Of a stretch of DNA of 64,000 nucleotides, positions 53,995 to 64,000 are shown piece after piece; the first letter of the stretch is position 1; every line of letters begins with the position of its first letter. The stretch covers positions 86,862,001 to 86,926,000 of the forward strand of contig OZ024744.1 in assembly GCA_964016885.1 (NCBI GenBank), written 5' to 3'. The stretch comes from Eledone cirrhosa. Taxonomy: Eukaryota. The position numbers and the translations under genes are program-made. The notes beneath the pieces were generated by a model. It was not told the origin of the DNA and made no database searches. It saw nothing but the letters and a program-made list of their open reading frames with translations.

Positions 53995-54780
53995 TGTATT
54001 ACTGTTGTATTGTATGCCTACGCCATTTTTATTTTATGCGTTTGCTGGTGTGTATAGTGTTTGGTGCGTGTTCGCGTTTGGGTGACTGTGTTTTCGTTAT
54101 TGTATTCTATCTTAGTTTACTAGTGTGTGTTTATATGTGTTTGTTGTTATTGTGCTTGTGTATATATATATTTATTTATTTATTTATTTATCTTTCTCTT
54201 AAGTCAGTATTGTTTGTTTGGGTGTTGTTGTTATTCCATTCATTTTTCAGATAAAATAAAAATGGTGTAGACATACAATACAACAGGAGGAACATAATAG
54301 CACCACTGACGATGTTGCAGATGTGCAACGAAAGAACTTTGTTAGACTATATATATGTGTTTATATCTATATTATATCTGTATTTTTGACCTTTGGTCTG
54401 TAAATGATAAACATTGAGGACCAAATGAATTAATTGTGGAGATATAAAAAATACAGAAGCGAAAACCAACCAATCAGTGAGTGTGTTCTGTTATTATTTC
54501 TGGCAATATTATTACAACAATATGACCCTCCCCAAGTATAACAATAAATATAGATATAAACACATATATATAGTATAACCAAGTTTTTTCGTTGCACATC
54601 TTCAACATCATCAGTGGTACTATTATGTTCCTCGTGTTGCATTTTATGTCTACGCCATTTTTATTTTATCTGTTTATTTATTTATAGATACAGAAGCGAA
54701 AACCAACCAAACAGTGAGTGTGTTCTGTTATTATTTCTGGCAATATTATTACAATATGACCCTCCCCAAGTATAACAATA
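53995..54780. mobile_element. Family H copy 2, rearranged, with an internal inverted repeat (54249-54373/54547-54671) and two hammerhead motifs
   Basis: +54296-54350 CTGACGA tGTTGCA-gatg-TGCAAC GAAA; -54572-54622 CTGATGA..GAAA. Terminal module duplicated at 54455-54545 and 54690-54780. Confidence 0.75.
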
Positions 54781-55043
54781 TATATATTTGAATATCTGTT
54801 TAACTGTTAACTAATACAAAATGAAGTCGGTGAAAAATAAAAATACACGACAAAAGGACTCATGATTCACAATATAGCAAAAATATAATATAAAAAAAAT
54901 TAAAGTACTTAATGAAGTCGGCGCAAGAAATCGAAAGCTAGAAAAAGTCAGGAAAGTGTCAGGAAAATGGAGAAAAATCAGATTAAAAAGAAAAGCAAAA
55001 TCTTGATGTGTATGCGTGTATATACATGTATGTATGTATGTAT

Positions 55044-55590
55044 GAGTGCTACTGGAAACATTTAACCCAGTACAACCTGTTGTATGCTCGTGTCGTCGGT
55101 GACTAAACTGGCAACCCCACCAGGTTTACTTGGTGAGGAGGGTGATTTGGGACACCCTGCAGCGCAAAAATCAAAGCCTGACAAATGGCGGAAGAACTCA
55201 TAAGAGTCAACGGCCATCCAAAAATGTGTAAATATATATATATGTTCATACACATGCATACATATGTATGCATGTGTATGTAAACCACTGGGAGTGAAGG
55301 ACCCCTAGCCTTTGTTACGACATTCTTCTAGGAGAAGGCAACTCAGGAAAGTGGGATAACTCCGATATAAAACCTGCGGCTCAGTAGTTACCGATTATGT
55401 TGATCTTTTCTTCTTTTCGGGTTATAGCTACTGCCGTTCAGAGAGTGGGATTGGCTCAGTGCACAGTCTTTCCTCACTTTAAAAGAATATTTACGCACAG
55501 GCATTGCACGATAGAATTAATTGATGATTATTAATAATGTTATATCGTGCAATGACCATACTCGATAACGAGACGGGCAGCCATCATCAT
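55044..55590 (+). mobile_element. ~530-bp non-autonomous RTE-derived (bipartite) element; further copies at 56590-56885 and 56902-57435
   Basis: Middle TTCTAGGAGAAGGCAACTC...AAACC resembles the conserved RTE 5'-UTR module. 3' stem-loop CTCG-ataa-CGAG..GCAGCCATC with a (TATG)n tail. Confidence 0.75.
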
Positions 55591-55611
55591 GTATGTATGT
55601 CAGTATGTATG

Positions 55612-55838
55612 TATGTCGCAGCCATGTTAAAAGAAAACCAGTGAACTATGATCTCCAAGGTATTGTGAGGGTTCACAGACAACCTGATGCAGGACCTCAG
55701 GCTAGGGAGATCCATAGTTGTCGTCAGTGTGCGAAGGAGTACAAGTCTCTGGCGGGCTTGAAAAGCCATATCCGAGGGTCACACATTTGAATCTGACAAG
55801 CGATGGCAATACTCTTAGCAGAGTTTGCACCCATCATG
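55612..55838 (+). mobile_element. RTE 3' end with C2H2 finger and (TATG)n tail
   Basis: CRQCAKEYKSLAGLKSHIRGSH*, then GATGGCAATACTC-ttagca-GAGT..CCCATC. Confidence 0.7.
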
Positions 55839-55872
<34 letters not shown>

Positions 55873-55936
55873 TGTATGTATGTATGTATGTATGTATGTA
55901 TGTATGCATGTATGCATGTATGTATGTATGTATGTA

Positions 55937-56386
55937 TCTCTTTCTCTTAATTTCGAGTATATTTTTTTGACCGGCCACCTTCCTGGTGGCAAGGTTGTAA
56001 AAGAAAAGAAATTGTCATCCCTTGAATCGCAAGAATGTTTTGCAAATTTTGAATGTGCCAGCTATCGCAGCCATTTGTAGACTATGAATTAGGAAGCTGC
56101 GGTCTTTGTCCGCAAATCCAAGTTCAGTCATACTTTGGTCCAAGCGGGTTGGTATATAACCCGTAGCTCCAATAATGATGGGTATGAAGCTAAAGGTGTA
56201 TCTTGGATACTGGATTTGTAAACTCCTCATCAATGGTCCGTAGATGTCCTCCTTCTCCTGTATTTTTCTGACAACGTTTACATCAAGTGGGCAGCTGATC
56301 TCCACAACAGAACACGTTTTCAATGTGTGGTCCCAAGCAACAATATCAGGCCGGTTGTGCTTTAATTTGGTGACAGTTTTTCTTTA
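55937..56386 (-). mobile_element. RLE LINE family C 3' fragment between (TATG)n tracts
   Basis: HNRPDIVAWD..VVEISCPLD..EKEDIYGPL..FIPIIIGATG. Confidence 0.88.
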
Positions 56387-57639
56387 TGTATGTATGTATG
56401 TATGTATGTATGTATGTATGTATGTATGTATGTATGTATGTATGTATGTATGTATGTATGTATGTATTTATGTATTTATGTATGTATGTATGTATGTATG
56501 TATGTATGTATGTATGGGTGTATGTATATATATGAATGTATGAATGTATGTATGTATATATGTATATATGTATGTATGTGAAGAACCCCTAGCTGAGAGT
56601 GAGGGACCCCCTAGTCTTTCTCAGGGCATTCTTCTGGGAGAAGGCAGCTCAGGAAACTGGGAGAACTCCGATATAAAACCTGCGGCTCAGTAGTTACCGA
56701 TGATGTTGGTCTTTTCTTCTTTTCGGGTGATAGATACTGTCGCCCAGAGAGTGGGATTGGTTCAGTGCACGGTCTTTCCTCAGTTTAAAAAATATCTTCA
56801 GGTACAGGCATTCCATGATAGCATTAATTAGTAATAATGGTATATCGTGCAATGGCCATACTCGATAACGAGGGGTATGTCATTATGTATGTATGTATGT
56901 CGGGTCACTCTTGACTGCTACTGGTAACATGTAACCCAGTACAACCTGTCGTATGGTCGGGTCGTCGGCAACTAAACCTGCAGCCCCACCAAGTTTACTT
57001 GGTGAGGAGGGTGATTTTGGACACCCTGCAGGACAAAATACAAAACCTGACAAATGGGGGAAGAACTCATAAGGGTCAATGGCCATCCGAAAGTGTGTAA
57101 ATATGTATATACACATGTACCACGCGGTTAAACCACTAGGAGTGAAGGACCCCTAGCCTTTGTCAGGGGATTCTTCTAGGAGAAGGCTACTCAGGAAACT
57201 GGGATAACTCCGATATAAAACCTGCGGCTCAGTAGTTACCGATGATGTTGATCTTTTCTTCTTTTCGTGTTACAGCTACTGTCGCTCAGAGAGTGGGATT
57301 GGCTCAGTGCACAGTCTTTCCTCCCTTTAAAAAATATATTCAGGCAAGTCATTGCACGATATAATTAATTAATAATTATTAATAATGGTATAATGTGCAA
57401 TGGCCATACTCGATAACGAAGGGGCAGCCATCATATATGTATGTGTGTATGGATGGATGTATGGATGCATGAATGTTTGGATGTATGTAGGTATGTATGG
57501 ATGGCTTGCTGGATGTATGTATGTATGTATGTATGTATGTATGTATGTATGTATGTATGTATGTATGTATGTATGCATGCATGTATGTATGTAAGTATGT
57601 TGGCATGTATTAGATGGAACATAAATGCATACATGTATG

Positions 57640-59235
57640 TATGTTCTTCTGGTTTTATAATTTCACAGTTTTTTTTTACCAATAGAGAGTCGGTTTCTAA
57701 CATAGTCACAAGACTCTCTCATTGGAATTTACACATCATCAGCTAGATAGATATGTAAGCATGTCTGCATGCATGTGTTGTTATGGATGTTATTGTATGT
57801 GTGGATGTGGATATTTTGAGTTGTATGTGTGCATGTGTAGATGATTTGTATCTGTACATTTGTATATGCAGTTATTAGATGCAACATTTTTGGAATGTTT
57901 TACATATTTTTACTGTTCCATTAATGGATTGTACTAGTAATTTCCTAACTAGTTGTGTTCTTTCTGTTCCTGTGAAGCCTAGCTTCTCAAGATTTGTATT
58001 GAGGCAGTTACTAACATATCCCAGTTCCCCAATAATCACAGGCATAAATCTGAAGGTGTAAGCAGGGTGGAGTATCTGCAGATTTTTCATCAGTTCTGCA
58101 TAAATATTCTCCTTTTCGCTAATCTTTGATATTATGTTGGTATCTGCTGGGCAGCTAATTTCTACTATTGTGCATGCTTTCTTCTCCCTGTCCCAGATCA
58201 TAATAACTTGTCTGTCATGCCTCCATTTTATTAGGGTTTTTACTGGAACATTCCACCAGTACTCTTTCATATTATGTACATGGATGTCTTCCACATAGCT
58301 GTAGCTTTTAATGTGTTTATTATCTTTTTACGAACAGCATTGTACAGTGTTTTGGCCACTACATCATGCGTCATAGGTAGATTATACCGCCATGACATCT
58401 TTGCACAGCTGCTGATGACATGGGTGATATCCTCGATGTTAGTTCTGCAGAGTCTGCCCTTGTTACCACATCTAGGTGTTTTGTCTCCATACCTATCTCT
58501 TTTGTGAATCAGGTATTTCGTGTTAATCTTCTGTTCTTGGATTGCAAAAGCGTATCCTTCAAAGTGGGAGCCAATATAGCGGTTGTTGGTCCAAGATAGA
58601 CTACTTTCCTTATCTATATCACTCTCACTATGGAGCTTCCTGGCAACATATCCATGCATGATTTTTTGCTGATAAGAATGCAGCTTTTCATCCATGGATT
58701 CACTGCGATACTGCTGAGCGACTTCACTGGGTGTGAGTTTTTGATTATCACACAGGGAATATCTCTCGATGAGTTCCTTCCCAACTCTCATGATCTTATG
58801 TTTCATGCAAATAGACTTGCTCGAGAAGCGGGCTCCTACGCTTCGAGGTTCGTAGATGTTGTCGGAGGGATATGATGCGACATTCAAATGCTGACTGGAC
58901 TGATGTTAGGCCTCTGCCTCCCTGCTTACGTTTCAAGTAAAGGCGGTCTATGTCACTATTGATGTGGAAGTTTCCGGTGTTGTTTAGTATTTTTCGAGTT
59001 CCAACATCAACTGCTCGGATTTCGTCTATCGTCCTACTGAGTATTCCAAACGTTGGTGTTAGGACAGGCACAGCAAACACATTGTGAGCCACTGGTTTGA
59101 TTTGCGAAGAAAGTTCCGATGACCAAATCTTTCTTAATCCCTGGTTACGCGTTCCTTATTACAGATACTATTATAGGATATATTCTCATCTATCCCCAGG
59201 TATCTGTAGCAGCCCTCATCAGATATCGGTGAAAC
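57640..59235 (-). mobile_element. RLE LINE family B 3' half in (CATA)n
   Basis: ORFs 58796-59092, 58267-58887 and 57875-58294 with DIDRLY..GGRGL, SHFEGY, RLC..EDITHVISSC, VEISCPAD. Confidence 0.88.
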
Positions 59236-59300
59236 AGTTAGGCGTATGTAAGTATGTATTATGTATGTATATATGTAAGTAAGTATGTATGAATTTATGT

Positions 59301-59346
<46 letters not shown>

Positions 59347-59937
59347 AAATATATATGTATAAATATGTACGTATGTATGTCAGTGTATGTATGCTCTTCT
59401 GGTTTTATATGTATGTATGTATGCAAGTATGTGAGTGTTAGTATGCATACCTTGGGGTACAGACAGTGTTGAATTAGAAGGTGAAGGAGCAGGTGTGGAA
59501 AAACAGCAATGGTATCGATGAAATGACGAAGCCATTTTTTTTTCTATTGTCTATACTGTTCTAAGACAACACCTGGCACAGTAGACATTCGTATTGATAC
59601 AAGAATAGACATAAACACCAAACTGTTACACATGAAGAACAATACTTTCATGCACAATCTCTGTGTCTCAATCACTCCCTCTTTCTCTCTTTATATCTTT
59701 CCCTTTTTCACTATCTTACTATTTCTCCTCTCTTTATTTATCTGATATAGACACGCACATATGTATGTATGTATATATATGTCTGCATATATATATATGT
59801 ATGTACGTATGTATGTGTCTGTATGAATATATATGTATGTACGTATGTATGTATGTGTATGTATGAATATATGGATGTACAAATCTGTATATATATATAC
59901 ACTACACATATATATACATATATATAATATACATATA

Positions 59938-59984
<47 letters not shown>

Positions 59985-59990
59985 TCATAC

Positions 59991-60076
<86 letters not shown>

Positions 60077-60100
60077 ATATATATATATAGATATAGATAT

Positions 60101-60487
60101 AGACGTAAAATAAGAAAATTTTAAAAATTAAAAATTAACTTACTTACTAAAATTTTCACTCCAACTAATTAGTTTCTGTAATGGGATAAATATAGTTATA
60201 CAATGTAACTATCGAGAATTCATTACGTCATCAGGGAGTCTATGCTCAGCTAAGTTCCCAGGCAATGCGCGGACACTAGGAACCCATATAAAAATAATAA
60301 TTTTAGTAAGTAATAATAATAATTTTAGTAAGTAAGTTAATTTTAAATTTTTAAAATTTTCTTATTTTACGTCTTTCATATAATTGTTCTGCATCCCCCT
60401 GCATTGAACCACCTAGGTACTTTGACATAACTTATATATTTACTAGCATTAGTGTACATCTGTACGCATATGTTGGTAGATGTATTA

Positions 60488-60490
<3 letters not shown>
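60101..60490 (-). mobile_element. Fold-back Penelope-end element (54-bp arms 60101-60154/60321-60374) enclosing a hammerhead
   Basis: Inverted arms by inspection; (TA)n flanks. Confidence 0.75.
60158..60239 (-). ncRNA. Intact type I hammerhead ribozyme
   Basis: ACTCC CTGATGA cGTAATG..(inner hairpin TAGTTA/TAACTA)..CATTACa GAAA CTAATTAG TT GGAGT: 5-bp stem I, palindromic stem III, GUU site. Confidence 0.8.
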
Positions 60491-60539
<49 letters not shown>

Positions 60540-61039
60540 TTTCTCCATGACAACATGTATAGAGTTATGATGAAAGTACACATTACATGTTAAAGAAGAT
60601 TGAGATGTATTTTAGCTGCTGTTGTCCTTGTTGCTTGTGTTTCTTTGTTTGTTTATCACCAGGCCACCCCTAATCATTTAATGTCGTTCCAGCATTGATG
60701 ACCCCCTACTAAATGATTTTCTCTACATGCAAAATTCCCGAGATCACATGATCGAACGTACTTTCTTTTAAAAACGGTGGAACGTGATTTGCAGGAAAAT
60801 TTGGTTGTGACTAAGTAGGGGCTTCCTAGGCAGATACTCAGAATTAGATGTGTATGATTGCGTATGTTTCAGATGATTGTGTGAGTGTGTGTTTGAGCGT
60901 GCATATATGTCAATGAATGTGTGGGAGTAGTATTAGATAAGTGTCAATGTTGCTTTTGTTCTCACGGTACTTAACTAGAGAAGAAGAAAATGGTAGACAC
61001 AATTGTACATGTATGCAAGGAAATATAGTTTCATTTATA

Positions 61040-61122
<83 letters not shown>

Positions 61123-61124
61123 AC

Positions 61125-61221
<97 letters not shown>

Positions 61222-62048
61222 CACATATATAGGTGTGTGTATGTATGTGTGTGAGTGCAGCAATTATAGCAACTTTTAAAATCACAAGATCTCACGTATC
61301 TATAATCTCGCAATACAAGAAGCTCATCAACTTATACGCACTCTAACACGATGTACATGAGAACTGGATTGGCAAAACTGTGACAGAGTTAGATATAATA
61401 TCGTGTTATGTCGTTTTACCTTCTGTGTTCAAGTCCTACCCAAGTTCATTTTGTAATTCTGTGTTCCGCAATCGACAATTAAAGTTGAGAGATAGATGCA
61501 ATCGATTATATTCTTGAATGCGTTGCGTTATCATGTCCTGTTTCTAATAACTGAAATCTGTCAAATAATTTTTTCAACTTTTGGCACAAGGCCTGCAATT
61601 TCATGGGGAAGGTTAATGTGGATTAAATCCACCCCAATGATTTATTTGTACTTTATTTCATAAATACGTAAGAAGGAAAGACAAAGTTAACATCGGCGGG
61701 ATTTGGACCCAAAATATAAGGGACCGAAACTCTATGCTACAAATCATGTCGGACGCTCTTCCAATATTTCCAATCCACCACCATAAAAATCATTCCCTTA
61801 ATAAAGAAATGTGTTTACATTTGTTCATTATTATAAAGGCGATGCATTGGCAGATTCTTTATAACGGCAATTAACGTGTAGTATTTGTTTCGGCGTTTAG
61901 ATCCCACCGAAATCAGCTTTGCGTTTCATCATATCCCAGAGATATTAGCGGCGTGGACGTAATGATTTTGGTATTTCTTTGAGCCCTTTATATACTAAAT
62001 TCACTTGACAAGTCACCGATTAGCAGTTGTTCGGGCGTTTGTCTTTAG

Positions 62049-62146
62049 CTTGGATGACATACGTATATATGTGCGATTGCAGATCGTCCTCGAAAGAACT
62101 TTCCATTTGCAGATCAATTGTCACAAGAGGCACAAGGAGGCCCCTG
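62049..62146 (+). CDS. Candidate host exon A of a polycystin-1/REJ-like protein
   Basis: Acceptor tttgtctttag, donor G|gtattt; open frame LDDIRIYVRLQIVLERTFHLQINCHKRHKEAP; phase 1 end fits exon B. Confidence 0.55.
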
Positions 62147-62611
62147 GTATTTTCTTTTAACCCCATACCAACCCTATTCAATTCTATGACCTATGAAATT
62201 TCCAGAAGACTTATAGCCGAAGGAAATTACTTTATTAGTGACAACGTTATTTAGTGCTTTCTTTGTTTTACCAAAAATAATGGGAAATTTGATGTGCATT
62301 TGCTTATTATTTCAACAAGTCTTATGATTTTGTTGAAGATCCATCATGGTTTTAAAGAAATCTCCATATTTATACATTTCTTTGTACGTGCTTGTATCTC
62401 TATGTGCCTCTCTGTGCATGTGTGTTTATAACGTTTCATTTGTGGATATATCTATCTATCAGCTTGCCTCTCCATCTATGTATGTCTATTGGTTTCTTTC
62501 CAGCCATTTATTTTTCTCCTTACACTTTTTCTATGTCTATCTCTCTACCTTTCTCTGGTACTTTCTACCTCTCCCTTTCCCTCACACTTGGTCTTCATAA
62601 GTATGCATATA

Positions 62612-62675
<64 letters not shown>

Positions 62676-62703
62676 CCATGTTCGTTCTTCTGTTTCACTG
62701 CAG

Positions 62704-62782
62704 AGGTTAACCTAAAGCTGGATAAGTATAACAACAGAGTGGCAGGTGACTCCATTACTCCTTATACCACAATGACATTAAG
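62704..62782 (+). CDS. Candidate host exon B
   Basis: Strong acceptor (CT)n..ttcttctgtttcactgcag, donor AG|gtagaa; EVNLKLDKYNNRVAGDSITPYTTMTL; phase 2 end fits exon C. Confidence 0.65.
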
Positions 62783-63242
62783 GTAGAATCTTTCTAAAAG
62801 TATGTATGAATATGTATGAATATATATCAGTATCTAGTTTTTAACAGTCGTGGCATTGACGTACTAGTTATAATATATTCTTGCGTGTGTATGTGTAGAG
62901 TAGAGTATGTGTAGAAGCTGAGAATGCTATAATGGCTATAACGCCGGATGGAATGTTTTGCGATATTCGTCCCGTATCTCTGTATACTAGTTTCAAATCT
63001 AGCCGAGGATAACTTTGTCTTTAATTATATCGAGCTCAGTACATCGAAGTCAATATATTGAGTACCAGTCCAGTACTAGAGTGAATTCTTCCTCTATCTC
63101 TCCTCGCCCACTTTCTCTTTCACTCTCTATCTCTCATACCACTGACATTCCCAATACCCCTCCCTCATCATCCTTCCCTCTTCCCTATACCTCTCTCTGT
63201 AATCTTTCATTCTCTCTTTCTCTCGAAAAAAATGGCTGACAG

Positions 63243-63440
63243 TTTTAAAGCCCATTTCAGCTGCAAATATGTCCCAATGGAAGTTATCCCTGTGAAGGAC
63301 TGGAACACCGTCCAGTGGAAAGTGTTGTACTTTCTGTCGCTTTCCTCACTTCAAGACGTGATAAGCTCCGGATATGGTCAAACGTGGAAAAACAGGCATA
63401 AAATAATCACTCCAACTCGTCCTCATATCGTGATTTGTCA
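63243..63440 (+). CDS. Candidate host exon C (3' boundary uncertain)
   Basis: Pyrimidine tract then gacag|; SFKAHFSCKYVPMEVIPVKDWNTVQWKVLYF...PTRPHIVI; frame open to 63513. Confidence 0.55.
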
Positions 63441-63833
63441 TGGTTGCAGTTGTTGCAAAGAGAATGGCGACAAGAAAAAGAAAAGGATTTGTGATGTATA
63501 TGCTAGGATGTGAAGATATGTGTGGTGTAGGTCGGGTAGGAATGCCGCGTATATTTTTAGGTGTAACTATTTTCCTAGTTGTATAGTGTCTTGATTTGAT
63601 AAATATTGTTATCGGGATGATATTGCAAGAATAAGAGCATGATTCTCGTAATTAACCCCCCCCCCCCTCAACAATAACATTATCACGATTAATATGTGGC
63701 AGCTAATGGATGTGCAACCTTCAGGTAAGTAAATCTAATTATGAGAAATAGTAATGAATATTATCTTGATGATAGGTGAAAATATGAATGATACACACAC
63801 GTGTTTCTATCTCTATGCAACGGCAATATGTTC

Positions 63834-63938
<105 letters not shown>

Positions 63939-63965
63939 TTATGTGTATTATATATATATTATGTG

Positions 63966-64000
<35 letters not shown>

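Noticed and set aside
57680-57745. CTGATGA...GAAAC in the 3' UTR of RLE family B (also ~32295-32360)
   Set aside because: No valid stem III/NUH site, and the second copy has CTGACGT; better explained as an imperfect 3'-UTR stem-loop.
63690-63730. Perfect donor CAG|gtaagt
   Set aside because: No convincing acceptor or polypyrimidine tract could be assigned; left uncalled.

Overview
AT-rich, microsatellite-dense animal genomic DNA. The SINE, LINE and microsatellite make-up looks like a coleoid cephalopod such as Octopus (inference). Most of the window is decayed mobile DNA: R4/Dong-type RLE LINEs of several families, three Tx1-clade LINEs (one full length), a near-complete RTE/BovB-like LINE, a Naiad-type Penelope element, an autonomous-type and a non-autonomous Helitron, tRNA-derived SINEs, and many fold-back Penelope-end elements carrying hammerhead ribozyme motifs. 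Near the right end, three in-frame + strand exons (62049-63440) encode a REJ/polycystin-1-like segment, so much of the window may be intronic. The most striking signal is a Dong copy (25320-27443) with clustered, sense-strand A-to-G changes relative to its sister copy, as expected if an ADAR-hyperedited RNA was reverse-transcribed into the genome. Also notable are two tail-to-tail Dong/Tx1 pairs sharing (TAA)n targets, and about ten hammerhead motifs mostly antisense to the host exons. All alignments and counts were done by eye and are approximate.
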